Shown here one piece after another: positions 1-9,102 of a stretch of DNA of 64,000 nucleotides. The notes under the pieces were generated by a model. It saw only the letters and a program-made list of their open reading frames with translations. It searched no databases and was not told the DNA's origin. Position 1 is the stretch's first letter. The number at the start of each line of letters is the position of its first letter. The DNA lies in the NCBI GenBank assembly GCA_964558915.1, contig CAZLFV010000002.1, forward strand, positions 20,501-84,500, written 5' to 3'. Source of the stretch: an uncultured Eubacteriales bacterium. Lineage in GTDB: Bacteria > Acidobacteriota > Aminicenantia > Aminicenantales > UBA8522. Position numbers and translations under genes: made by a program.

Positions 1-2177
1 TCATCATGGATGACTTTCATGGCCCGGCCGCCGAGGACATAGGAAGGCCTGATAAGCACCGGATAGCCGATCCTGTCGGCGATCTCGAGGGCCTCCAGGG
101 AGTTTCTGGCCAATCCGTTGCGGGGCCTCAGCAACCCGAGTTTTTTCAAGAAGCGGTCAAATTTTTCCCGGTCTTCGGTTTCGTCGATGGCCTGAGAGCT
201 CGTCCCCAGGATGCGTGCGTCATTTTTGTGCAGCCCCACCGAAATTTTGAGGGGCGTTTGGCCACCGAACTGGACGATAATCCCCTCCGGGCTCTCTTTT
301 TTATAAATGGCCAGGACATCTTCGAGTGTCACCGGGTCGAAATAGAGCCGGTCGGAAATATCATAATCAGTTGAGACCGTCTCCGGGTTGGAGTTGATCA
401 TGATGGTCTTGTACCCGGCATCTTTCAGAGCGAAGACGCCGTGGACGCAGCAGTAGTCGAATTCGATTCCCTGGCCAATCCGGTTGGGACCGGAACCAAG
501 GATGATGGCCTTTTTCTGCGGCATTTCTTGGACCTCATCCTCATCTTCGTAAGTGGAGTAGAAATAGGGCGTCTCGGATTCAAATTCACCGGCGCAGGTA
601 TCGACGACCTTCCAGACGGGGTGAACCCCGGCGGCCTCCCGCTTCCTCCGCACCTCATCCTCCGCCACCCCGACCAGCTGGCCGACACGGCGGTCGGAAA
701 ACCCGAGCTCTTTGGCTCTGCGGAGGAGCTGCGGCGGAAGGGGACCCTGTTTGGTCGATTGGAGCTCGTCTTCAAAAGCGACGATCTCAAGGATATTCCG
801 GAGAAAGAACGGGTCGATTTTTGTCAATTCGTATATATCTTCCACCGTCAATCCCTCCCTGAGGGCATCGGCGATGAGCCAGAGGCGATCGGCGCTGGGC
901 CGGCGGAGCTTCTGCCTGAGAGATTGCCGGTCGAGTTTCCTGTCCATCGGCTCGAGCCCGCAGCGGTCCGATTCCAGAGAACGGATGGCCTTTTGAAGGG
1001 ATTCTTTGAAAGTCCGGCCGATAGCCATGGTCTCACCGACCGACTTCATCTGCGTTGTCAGGCTGCTGTCTTCCTCGGGAAATTTCTCGAAAGCGAAGCG
1101 CGGGATTTTGACCACGACGTAGTCAATGGCGGGCTCAAAGCAGGCGGGCGTTTTCTTGGTGATGTCGTTGAGGATCTCGTCCAGGGTGTAACCCACTGCC
1201 AGCTTGGCCGCAATCTTGGCGATCGGAAATCCCGTGGCTTTCGACGCCAGGGCCGATGACCTGGAAACGCGGGGGTTCATCTCGATGACCATCATCCGGC
1301 CGTCCTCGGGGTTGATGGCGAACTGGATGTTGGAGCCTCCCGTCTCGACACCGATTTCCCTCATAATAGCAATCGAGGCATCCCTCATCCTCTGGTATTC
1401 TTTATCGGTCAGGGTTTGGGCCGGAGCGACAGTGATGGAATCCCCGGTGTGGACACCCATGGGGTCAAAGTTCTCGATCGGGCAGACAATAACGACATTA
1501 TCCTTCTTGTCCCTCATCACTTCGAGCTCGAATTCTTTCCAGCCAATGATGGATTTCTCGACAAGGACACGAGAGACGGGGCTGATGGCCAGGCCCAGCG
1601 GGACGAACTTATAGAAATCGTCCCAGTTGTTGACGATGTTTCCTCCTGTCCCGCCAAGAGTGAAGGAGGGACGGAGAACCACAGGGAAATGGATCCGCTT
1701 AACGATATCCACCGCTTCCTTTAGCGTTGAGGCATAGCCTGAGTCCGGGACTTCCAGGCGAATGCGTTCCATGGCCTGGCGGAAGAGCAGCCGGTCCTCG
1801 GCCTTCCGGATCGACGAGGCGGTGATTCCGATGAGCTGGACATTGTACCTTTTGAGAATGCTCTTGCCGTCGAGCTCCAGGGCCAGGTTGAGGGCTTTCT
1901 GCCCGCCCAGGGTGGCCAGGATGGCGTCTGGCTTTTCTTTCTCGATGATTCTTTCGAGGTAGCCTGCTGTCAAAGGCTCGAGGTAGGTCCGGTCGGCGAA
2001 TTCCGGGTCGGTCATGATCGTTGCCGGGTTGGAATTGACCAGGATCAGGTTGAAATTTTCCTCCTTCAGAGCCTTGAGAGCCTGCGTTCCCGAATAATCA
2101 AACTCCGAGGCCTGACCGATGATGATCGGGCCTGACCCGATGACCAGGATAGAGCGAATGTCCTGACGCCTGGGCAC
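1..2177 (-). CDS. carB: Carbamoyl-phosphate synthase large subunit, N-terminal ~725 aa (runs off the left edge)
   Basis: Absent from the ORF track because it has a GTG start (2175-2177) and no stop inside the window. My minus-strand translation starts [65 protein letters not shown]. At positions 1-59 it reads [20 protein letters not shown] in the same frame. Both are hallmark CarB ATP-grasp motifs, and the start lies 1 nt after the carA stop. Confidence 0.95.
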   Translation of the reverse strand, partial: MPRRQDIRSILVIGSGPIIIGQASEFDYSGTQALKALKEENFNLILVNSNPATIMTDPEFADRTYLEPLTAGYLERIIEKEKPDAILATLGGQKALNLALELDGKSILKRYNVQLIGITASSIRKAEDRLLFRQAMERIRLEVPDSGYASTLKEAVDIVKRIHFPVVLRPSFTLGGTGGNIVNNWDDFYKFVPLGLAISPVSRVLVEKSIIGWKEFELEVMRDKKDNVVIVCPIENFDPMGVHTGDSITVAPAQTLTDKEYQRMRDASIAIMREIGVETGGSNIQFAINPEDGRMMVIEMNPRVSRSSALASKATGFPIAKIAAKLAVGYTLDEILNDITKKTPACFEPAIDYVVVKIPRFAFEKFPEEDSSLTTQMKSVGETMAIGRTFKESLQKAIRSLESDRCGLEPMDRKLDRQSLRQKLRRPSADRLWLIADALREGLTVEDIYELTKIDPFFLRNILEIVAFEDELQSTKQGPLPPQLLRRAKELGFSDRRVGQLVGVAEDEVRRKREAAGVHPVWKVVDTCAGEFESETPYFYSTYEDEDEVQEMPQKKAIILGSGPNRIGQGIEFDYCCVHGVFALKDAGYKTIMINSNPETVSTDYDISDRLYFDPVTLEDVLAIYKKESPEGIIVQFGGQTPLKISVGLHKNDARILGTSSQAIDETEDREKFDRFLKKLGLLRPRNGLARNSLEALEIADRIGYPVLIRPSYVLGGRAMKVIHD

Positions 2178-2178
2178 T

Positions 2179-3345
2179 TTATTTCCCTTTAAAGCTTTCG
2201 ATCATGCGGCCGAAATCCTGGAACAAATACCGGGAATCCCTGGGACCTGGCGAGCTCTCTGGATGGTACTGGACTGTCAGAAGAAATTTTTCTTTCAGGG
2301 AGAACCCCTCGGAAGTCAGGTCGTTGAGGTTGACGTGAGTCGGTTTGGCCAGCCCCTTGAGGGACTCAAGGTCGATGGCAAAACCATGATTTTGCGAGGT
2401 AATCTCGATCGCGCCCGTTTCCAGGTTCTTGACCGGGTGATTGGCGCCGTGATGGCCGAATTTGAGTTTATAAGTCTTCCCTCCAAGGGCCAGGGCGAGG
2501 AGCTGGTGACCTAGGCAGATCCCGAAGAGGGGCACCCGGCCGACCAGAGCCCTGATGTTTTCGATTGCGTAGGTGAGGGGGGCCGGGTCACCAGGACCGT
2601 TGGAGAGGAGCACGCCATCTGGCCCAAGCTTCAGGATTTCCTCCGCGGGAGTCTGGGCCGGGACAACGACCGCCTCCATTCTTTCGTTCACGAGATTGCG
2701 GAGGATGTTTCTCTTGATTCCAAAATCATAGGCGGCTACAAGGTATTTGAACCGCCGTCTTTCCGGATAGCCTTTGGGCCAGTCATAAGCAGCCACCCGC
2801 CACTTGTACAGCTCGGACGTTGTCACCTCTTTGACCAGGTCCAGGCCGACGATGGAAGGGATTTTTTTGACCCGCTCCACGAGGGTCCTGACATCTTGTC
2901 CCGAAGCCGAGATGAGAGCCCTCTGGGCGCCGCCTTCGCGGATCATCTTGGTCAGCTTGCGTGTATCAATCCCTTCGACGGCCGGAATCCTGTGCTGCTT
3001 CAAGTAGTCCGTTAAGCTCTCTTGAGCCCTCCAATTGGATGGCGCAGCAGCCATTTCTTTGACGACGAAACCTTCCACCCAGGGTTTGCCGGATTCGACA
3101 TCCTCGGCATTAACGCCATAATTGCCGATCAACGGATAGGTCATGGTCACAATCTGGCCTTTGTAAGAGGGGTCAGTCAGGATCTCTTGATACCCAGTCA
3201 TAGAAGTATTAAAAACGATTTCGCCCTCCGCCTCCCCTTCAAAACCTGCGCTTCCTCCCTCGAAGATGGTCCCATCCTCAAGGACGAGATATGCTTTCTT
3301 GGAAGAAGTCCAGCCGTGATTTTCCCCTTGGGCTCGTGAGCGCAT
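2179..3345 (-). CDS. carA: Carbamoyl-phosphate synthase small (glutaminase) subunit
   Basis: 388-aa ORF with [13 protein letters not shown] and [21 protein letters not shown]. The class-I GATase active-site region [17 protein letters not shown] and the later [14 protein letters not shown] motifs are present. Sits directly upstream of carB. Confidence 0.95.
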   Translation of the reverse strand: MRSRAQGENHGWTSSKKAYLVLEDGTIFEGGSAGFEGEAEGEIVFNTSMTGYQEILTDPSYKGQIVTMTYPLIGNYGVNAEDVESGKPWVEGFVVKEMAAAPSNWRAQESLTDYLKQHRIPAVEGIDTRKLTKMIREGGAQRALISASGQDVRTLVERVKKIPSIVGLDLVKEVTTSELYKWRVAAYDWPKGYPERRRFKYLVAAYDFGIKRNILRNLVNERMEAVVVPAQTPAEEILKLGPDGVLLSNGPGDPAPLTYAIENIRALVGRVPLFGICLGHQLLALALGGKTYKLKFGHHGANHPVKNLETGAIEITSQNHGFAIDLESLKGLAKPTHVNLNDLTSEGFSLKEKFLLTVQYHPESSPGPRDSRYLFQDFGRMIESFKGK

Positions 3346-3512
3346 TTGTGCTATTTTACAAATTCTTTTGAATAAAGAGAAGAGGAAAATTAAGCGCCGA
3401 AAAAATCAGGTCACGCCCCTCAGATGCACGCCCCAGCCAGACCTTTGACAATCTTAGCATTTTAGTCCAAAAAAACGTCATTAAAAATGATTACAGACAG
3501 GGAAACAAGTTC

Positions 3513-3758
3513 ATGAATCCTTCGCTGCCCCAGCGCATTCCCCTTCAGCGTCCTTCTGTCCGAGAGGAAGAGATCGAGGCCGTAAGAGCCGTTTTCGACT
3601 CGCGCTGGCTCGGCCTCGGCACACTGGTCTTCAAGAATATCTCAGGCCGGGATTTTTCGCCTCTTCCAAGCTACCGGGTCTTTCCTTTGCGCCTTGTTAT
3701 AAGGAGGACGACGCAGGTCGGGTTCAGAGTCCGGAACAAAGGCGACGCTGTTTTTTGA
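3513..3758 (+). pseudogene. 5' remnant of a DegT/DnrJ/EryC1-type sugar aminotransferase gene
   Basis: Only the first ~40 codons (RIPLQRPSVREEEIEAVRAVFDSRWLGLGTLV) fit the conserved DegT-family N-terminus (IPxxRPxxxxxExxAVxxVxxSxWLxxG). The rest of the 81-aa ORF is unrelated low-complexity sequence. Full-length family members are about 370 aa. Confidence 0.5.
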
Positions 3759-3846
3759 TAAGCTGACTTTCCGGAGAGAAGCGGAAATCAATCCCCAACG
3801 CCTGACTTTTTATGTTAAAAGCATGGATTGAATCGAACTTTTTGGC

Positions 3847-4623
3847 TTAGGGCTGGAGGCTCCTCTTCCGTTCATCGACGATCCGCTGGTATTCGAGAGG
3901 ATGGAGGAGCCGGAGTTCTTTCCCGGTGATTTTTCCGTTGAGCCAGATCTTGCTCATCGGAAAGACCTCGGGGTTGAGATGGACGTTATACATGTGCCAG
4001 ATGATGACCGCCAGAAAAGCGAGCAAAGCCTCATAACCGTGGATCATCACAAGGACATCATGAATCCAGAGGGGGAAGAACCGGAGCGAAAGCTCGACGT
4101 TCCACATGAAGAACCCGCTGATGATCATCACCACCGAGCCCCAGCCAACGGCCCAGTATTCGAACTTTTCGATGAAATTATACCGGCCGAAAAGCGGCGG
4201 CTTCTCGAAAAGCCAGTAGCGGTGAGCCTCGAAGAATTTTTTAAAGACCCCCGTTTTATAAATAAGGCGGGTCAGCCCGACGTTGTGCCAAAAGAGTTCG
4301 AAGGCATCTTTGCCGTCGCGGAACTTGGGGATCATGTCTTTGAGGTTATTCTGGCCTCGGGCCGTCAGAGCCGCGGAGAGGATGTGCCAAATGAGATTCA
4401 GGATCAAAACGACCGCAGCTATCCTGTGGATGATCCCACGGATATAGAAAACTTGCTCCGTCGGGAAGAACCACTTGAAGGCCTTGAATTCGTAGAAGAA
4501 AAGAGGGAGCCCGGTGGCCATCAGCAGGAAGAACGTCCCGATTAGGAGATAATGCTGGACTCGTTCAGCGAGATTCATCCGCAGGAAGACCTCGTCGTCG
4601 GGGACAAGGGCAGAGCTATCCAC
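3847..4623 (-). CDS. Membrane dihaem b-type cytochrome, FdnI/HydC (Ni-hydrogenase cytochrome b) like
   Basis: 258 aa with four predicted TM helices. Conserved His sit in helices 1, 2 and 4 (VQHYLLIG, IIHRIAAVVLILNLIWHIL, VMIHGYEALLAFLAVIIWHMYNVH). Overlaps the upstream 11-haem gene by 8 nt, suggesting translational coupling. Confidence 0.7.
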   Translation of the reverse strand: MDSSALVPDDEVFLRMNLAERVQHYLLIGTFFLLMATGLPLFFYEFKAFKWFFPTEQVFYIRGIIHRIAAVVLILNLIWHILSAALTARGQNNLKDMIPKFRDGKDAFELFWHNVGLTRLIYKTGVFKKFFEAHRYWLFEKPPLFGRYNFIEKFEYWAVGWGSVVMIISGFFMWNVELSLRFFPLWIHDVLVMIHGYEALLAFLAVIIWHMYNVHLNPEVFPMSKIWLNGKITGKELRLLHPLEYQRIVDERKRSLQP

Positions 4624-5860
4624 GTTTTTCCCTTCTGATCATCCGTCTGAACAGGTCCGCAGCGATAAACAGGATGAAGACCGAAATAATAACCGAGATC
4701 ACGATAATGTAGATATTCTTAACGAGATGAGAGGCCTTGTATTTGGCCATGGCAATCGCCTCGGGGATCACATGAACCGGCCCCTCGGCAAAGTGGCGGC
4801 TGGCCCCGGGATGGCATTTGCCACAGGTAGCGGGCAGGTTTTCGGAGTTGATGGAAGATTTCGGGTCCGCGGAGGGCCGGATATCGTGAAAACCGTGGCA
4901 GGAAGCGCAGTTGGCCACGCGCGTCTCCCCGTATCTCGAAGCGGTTCCATGAAAGGTTTGGCTGTACGTTCTAAACCGCGATGTGAGAAAGCCGTACTCC
5001 CGGCTCAAGGCCACGTTGTCATGGCAGCGGGAACAGACCTCTGCAACCTTGGTTGTATACACCGTCGAATTCAAATCCTGGGGAGAAAGGATATTATGTT
5101 CGCTATGGCAGTCGGTGCAGACCGGAACGTCCTTGATCCCTTTGACATAGTCTTTGCCGTGCACTCCATCGAGATAGTCCCGCTGGATGCCGACGTGGCA
5201 TGTTCCACAGGTTGGGATGATGTTTTTTCGGGAGACCAGGGCGAGAGGATCGCTGACTGTCTTGATGTCATGGGCCCCGTGGCAGTTACTGCAGTTGGCT
5301 GATATTGTCAGCCCGGATTTCTTAAGGGCCCTGAAGTGAACGCTCTCCCGGTATTGACCGATAAACCCCGGTTCTTTTTTGGCCGCCACTCTCTGGAGGT
5401 GACATTTCTCGCAGGTGGAGGGGAGATTAATCGGGAATATGGTCGAGTCATATTCTGACTTGCCCTTGATGTCATGCGTCCCGTGACAATCCTTACAACT
5501 GACGGTGAGAGGGTTTGCGCCGGTCTCTGGGGCCATAAAATGGATGCTTGTCTCGAATTCCCGGCTGGCCTCCTCATGGCAACGGCTGCAGTCGATGGGT
5601 TTCAACGGAGAAGAATGGGGATAATCCCTGATTTTGGCCAGGTCGGCATGACAATCGACGCATGATATTTCTGCCCGACCGTGGCTGGAGGCCAGAAATT
5701 TTTCGTAATCCAAGAAAAGGGATTCTCCGGCTTCGGACTTGAGCTCGGCGTCTCCGTGGCAGGCAAGGCAGTCCTCGTTTGACTGGGAGGGGAAAAGGGG
5801 CGAGGCCGAGCTGAATATAATAAAGATAGCCCCGAGAATAACGGCTTTGCCTTGACCCAT
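4616..5860 (-). CDS. Undecahaem c-type cytochrome with signal peptide and C-terminal TM anchor
   Basis: 11 CxxCH motifs: CLACH, CVDCH, CSRCH, CKDCH, CEKCH, CSNCH, CGTCH, CTDCH, CSRCH, CASCH, CGKCH. Shows a repeated CxxCHGxHDI paired-motif pattern. N-terminal signal peptide; C-terminal hydrophobic helix IYIIVISVIISVFILFIAADLF. Confidence 0.9.
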   Translation of the reverse strand: MGQGKAVILGAIFIIFSSASPLFPSQSNEDCLACHGDAELKSEAGESLFLDYEKFLASSHGRAEISCVDCHADLAKIRDYPHSSPLKPIDCSRCHEEASREFETSIHFMAPETGANPLTVSCKDCHGTHDIKGKSEYDSTIFPINLPSTCEKCHLQRVAAKKEPGFIGQYRESVHFRALKKSGLTISANCSNCHGAHDIKTVSDPLALVSRKNIIPTCGTCHVGIQRDYLDGVHGKDYVKGIKDVPVCTDCHSEHNILSPQDLNSTVYTTKVAEVCSRCHDNVALSREYGFLTSRFRTYSQTFHGTASRYGETRVANCASCHGFHDIRPSADPKSSINSENLPATCGKCHPGASRHFAEGPVHVIPEAIAMAKYKASHLVKNIYIIVISVIISVFILFIAADLFRRMIRREKRG

Positions 5861-5864
5861 GGCG

Positions 5865-7127
5865 CTACTTTTTCAAAAGGCTTATTCTTTTGACGAAGCC
5901 GGGAATGAACCAGAGCACAGTGACGACGAGAACGGCGATGAGCAGGACAAGGAGGATCCTTTGAATATAAAACAGGGAAGGCGGGTTTTTTTGAGCGGCG
6001 CCGATGTGAATCTTGGCCGTGGCGATCTTTTCGGGCATATTCGGATGGCAGCTCGGCTGTCCGCAGGTCTTCCGCAGGTTGGCCGGGTTGATTTTGGACA
6101 GGGGATCAGAAGCCGGCCGGATGTCATGAGCGCCATGGCAGCTTGTACAATTGGCTGCGGCTTTATAGCCGAACCCGACGGCGATCCCGTGCAGGCTGTC
6201 GATGAACGTAGGTATCCGGTCTTCGGGCACCCCATATTTCTGCATGATTTCCGGCCGGGCGTGGCAGACCGAGCAGGTATCGATGACTTTGCTGAAAGAA
6301 GCAGGCGAACCGGTTTCTTTGGGTGAGGCGATGCCGTGCTCTCCGTGGCAGTCGACACAGAGCGGAGCATCGACATTCCCAACCAGGGCCTGCTGGCCGT
6401 GGAGGCTCTGCTTGTACTCGCCAAAAATGAGCTCGTGGCAGCGGCCGCAGGTCTGAGGCTGCTTGGCCATGATATGGGGCTCGCCGACGCCTTTGATGTT
6501 GTGGACGCCATGGCAGTCGGTGCAGACGGCGGCGAACTGGACAAGCCCTTTTTCAAAAAGGGCCTGGCCGTGAACGCTCTTCATGTATTCGTGATAAGGC
6601 ATTTCGCTGTGAATGTTGTACTTGATGACGACGTGCATATCTTCATGACAGGCCGAGCAGGTGAGGGGGATGTTCTTCCTGTTGACCGAGGATTCGGGGT
6701 TTCTGGCAGGCCGGATATTGTGCTTTCCGTGACAATCCCAGCACCTGGCCACCTCGCTGACTCCTCTTTCAAGGTAGGCCCGGCCGTGGACGCTGTCAGG
6801 GTAAGAAAGAGGAGTCTGTCCCTCCCCGGCCAGGCCGCTTTCACGATGACAGACGGCCGTGCAATTGACATCCGGAAGTTTCTTTTTATGGGGAAGATCT
6901 CCTTCTCGCTCTTCGGGCCGGACGAGATGGCAATCTGTGCAAGCGAGGAAAGCGTGCGCTGACCCGAGAAAATTTTTTTCATTAATCCTGAGGCTTTCGC
7001 TGACTTCCGCTTGGGAGCCGTGGCAGGCCAGGCACCGGGCGTTCACAGAGACGGTCTTTTCTGGGCCGGCCCAAAGGAACCCGATAGCGACGAGAAGAGA
7101 TAAAATGGTTACTTCAGGTTTTCGCAT
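5865..7127 (-). CDS. Undecahaem c-type cytochrome, paralog of 4616-5860, with C-terminal TM anchor
   Basis: 9 canonical CxxCH plus CTAVCH (CX3CH, nt 6846-6863) and CGQPSCH (CX4CH, nt 6045-6065). Both variants sit where the paralog has canonical sites. Same signal-peptide and C-terminal anchor architecture (ILLVLLIAVLVVTVLWFIPGF). Confidence 0.9.
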   Translation of the reverse strand: MRKPEVTILSLLVAIGFLWAGPEKTVSVNARCLACHGSQAEVSESLRINEKNFLGSAHAFLACTDCHLVRPEEREGDLPHKKKLPDVNCTAVCHRESGLAGEGQTPLSYPDSVHGRAYLERGVSEVARCWDCHGKHNIRPARNPESSVNRKNIPLTCSACHEDMHVVIKYNIHSEMPYHEYMKSVHGQALFEKGLVQFAAVCTDCHGVHNIKGVGEPHIMAKQPQTCGRCHELIFGEYKQSLHGQQALVGNVDAPLCVDCHGEHGIASPKETGSPASFSKVIDTCSVCHARPEIMQKYGVPEDRIPTFIDSLHGIAVGFGYKAAANCTSCHGAHDIRPASDPLSKINPANLRKTCGQPSCHPNMPEKIATAKIHIGAAQKNPPSLFYIQRILLVLLIAVLVVTVLWFIPGFVKRISLLKK

Positions 7128-7153
7128 CCAAAAAATGAACGATAAACACCGGT

Positions 7154-7678
7154 CTATTTTGTCGCCGGTTTGTCGTGTTTGATCTTTTCCCAGGCTGCTG
7201 CATAATCGAACGCGATGCCGTGGGCGTTCTCATGGCAGGTCAGGCAGTACTTTTTGGCAGCATCCGCAGACTCATACAAGATGAGGCCGTTCTTCTGGGC
7301 CAGGGCTCTGTCTTTCATGATGGAGAGTTTTTTGTATTCGCTTCCCGGGCCGTGGCAAACCTCGCAGGTGTCGCCTTCCGCCTTGAGTTCAGGAGCCTTC
7401 TCGAAGAGAGGCGCGTGGCATTTAAGACACTGGGGGCTTTCAGCCGGGTTCTCGACTCCGGCGGCTTGGGCTTTCGGTGCGGCTTCAGGAGAGCTGAGCG
7501 CGGCGAAGGACACGGAATGCTTGGACTTCTGCCAGATCGGATGCTGCTGGCCCTGGATTTCCGTTTTGTGGCAGATCGCGCACTTGGCCGACCCCACGTA
7601 GGAAAAAGTCTGGGCGAACAGGCTGATGAGCAAAACCGCGGCAACGATGACGACAAGCAAGACGACCTTTTTCATCAT
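7154..7678 (-). CDS. Tetrahaem c-type cytochrome (cytochrome c554-like family)
   Basis: CAICH, CLKCH, CEVCH, CLTCH. The motif GSAKCAICHKTEIQGQQHPIWQKSKH is typical of the c554-like family. I place the start at MMKKVVLL, preceded by GGGAGG. The ORF-track start at 7747 overlaps the promoter -35 box. Confidence 0.85.
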   Translation of the reverse strand: MMKKVVLLVVIVAAVLLISLFAQTFSYVGSAKCAICHKTEIQGQQHPIWQKSKHSVSFAALSSPEAAPKAQAAGVENPAESPQCLKCHAPLFEKAPELKAEGDTCEVCHGPGSEYKKLSIMKDRALAQKNGLILYESADAAKKYCLTCHENAHGIAFDYAAAWEKIKHDKPATK

Positions 7679-7718
7679 TCCTCCCGGCAAATCATGGATT
7701 ATTCCACAAAGAAGCCCC

Positions 7719-7747
7719 ATTTTAGAAAACTCCCAAAGGATTGTCAA
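7719..7747 (-). promoter_or_regulatory. Sigma70-type promoter P3 for the distal cytochrome module
   Basis: Minus strand reads TTGACA (7747-7742), a 17-nt spacer, then TAAAAT (7724-7719). It lies in the AT-rich 123-nt gap between the nonahaem and tetrahaem genes. Confidence 0.6.
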
Positions 7748-7801
7748 TATTTTTTACTATAAAAACGATAATTTTTATAAAAATGATAGAAATAATAGGG
7801 T

Positions 7802-9085
7802 TTAGATTGAATCGGAGCGGACGTCGCGGATCTTAAGATAGAGGGCCAGGGCGAGCAGGAAGATAAAGACCGTAGCGATAACCAGGCCGGTCTTTCGAAA
7901 CTTTGCTTCTTTCAGGGCGGCGCCGCCGAGCGCCTTGACCTCGGCGATGACTGTGTTCCCTTCGCCGAGCTTCGCTTCCATGTCCTCGAGCGCCAGCCCG
8001 TGAGTCAGGTTCCGGACGAGGATCAGGGTCGTGGAGGCCTCCTGGAGCTTGAACCGGGGCTCGCTGACCTCGACGCCCTGTTTTTCAGCGCGTTCGAGAA
8101 TGCCTTCGGCGTCTCGAAATGCAGATACATAATCCGAGAGTTTCCGGCTGATCTCGACTCCGGTTTCATAAGGCTTTGTCCCGGTGTCATGGCACTGGCT
8201 GCAGACATCGTTGCTTCCTCCGGCGAGCATCTCGTCGGTGGGGATCAGGATCTTGTGGTTGCCGTGGCAGGCCTCGCATTCGGAAATCCCCAGCCCGTCG
8301 AATGCCACCTTGTGCGGGCTTTGGCTGAAGAGGTCTCCCGCGCTCGGATGGCACTGCCGGCAGACAAAAGCGACTGACGTCACTTGGGGCGGCGCAGCGC
8401 CGTGATTTCCATGGCAGTCATTGCAGACGGGCGCTGAGAGGTCCTTTTTATCGAAAAGGGCAGCGGCATGGACGCTCTGCTTGTAATCGCTGACTTGGTT
8501 GACGGGAAGGCCGTAGGGTTTCATCCCGTCCTGGCTCGAATGGCAGCGGCCGCAAGTCTCAGGGACGTTCCAGGCGAAAGTCGAGGACTTGGGGAAATTA
8601 GAGGCCTGGATTCCATGAACGCCATGGCAGTCTGTGCAGACGGCAACATTCGCATCGCCCTTTCGCAGGAGCTCGCCGTGCTTGCTCGTCCAATAGGCCT
8701 GGAGCTGGTCCACGCGGACGTTGGGATTGAAGCGCCTCATGTACTCGGAATTGGAATGGCAGGAGCCGCAAGCTTCCGGCACCTTGACCTTGCCGGGCGC
8801 TCCCTTGAAGGATTTGTCCTTGGCCAGCTCGATATCGTCCTCGAGGGGATTGCCGCCGTGGCAGTCCTGGCAGCCCAGGCCGAACTGCCGATGAATATCC
8901 GTCGCGAACCCGTCCGCAGGAGCGCGCAGGCTCTGGTCCTCCAATTCCCTGTGGCATTCCAAGCAGGAGTTTTTTTGTCCGGAGAGCGATAGAGGAAGGG
9001 TGAGCAGCAGACTGAGCAGAAGAACTGAGAACAGCTTTGGCTGCTTCCTTTTTTTGTTCTGCTCTTTATTTTTTTTCACTTTCAA
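7802..9085 (-). CDS. Nonahaem c-type cytochrome with C-terminal helical region and TM anchor
   Basis: CLECH, CQDCH, CGSCH, CTDCH, CGRCH, CNDCH, CRQCH, CEACH, CSQCH. Signal peptide LFSVLLLSLLLTLPLSLSG. C-terminal TM helix GLVIATVFIFLLALALYL. Confidence 0.9.
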   Translation of the reverse strand: MKVKKNKEQNKKRKQPKLFSVLLLSLLLTLPLSLSGQKNSCLECHRELEDQSLRAPADGFATDIHRQFGLGCQDCHGGNPLEDDIELAKDKSFKGAPGKVKVPEACGSCHSNSEYMRRFNPNVRVDQLQAYWTSKHGELLRKGDANVAVCTDCHGVHGIQASNFPKSSTFAWNVPETCGRCHSSQDGMKPYGLPVNQVSDYKQSVHAAALFDKKDLSAPVCNDCHGNHGAAPPQVTSVAFVCRQCHPSAGDLFSQSPHKVAFDGLGISECEACHGNHKILIPTDEMLAGGSNDVCSQCHDTGTKPYETGVEISRKLSDYVSAFRDAEGILERAEKQGVEVSEPRFKLQEASTTLILVRNLTHGLALEDMEAKLGEGNTVIAEVKALGGAALKEAKFRKTGLVIATVFIFLLALALYLKIRDVRSDSI

Positions 9086-9102
9086 AATTTCTTGGTTTTC
9101 TT

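Noticed and set aside
7679-7747. N-terminal extensions offered by the ORF track. Examples: tetrahaem start at 7747, barrel start at 20895, dGTPase start at 36048, tkt start at 40594, DUF362-like start at 30042, GH2 start at 27195, MCO start at 62646, cytochrome b start at 10197, TPR-barrel start at 54274.
   Set aside because: In each case a downstream ATG has a better Shine-Dalgarno sequence and yields a proper signal peptide or family N-terminus. The extension overlaps a promoter, a repeat arm or the upstream gene.
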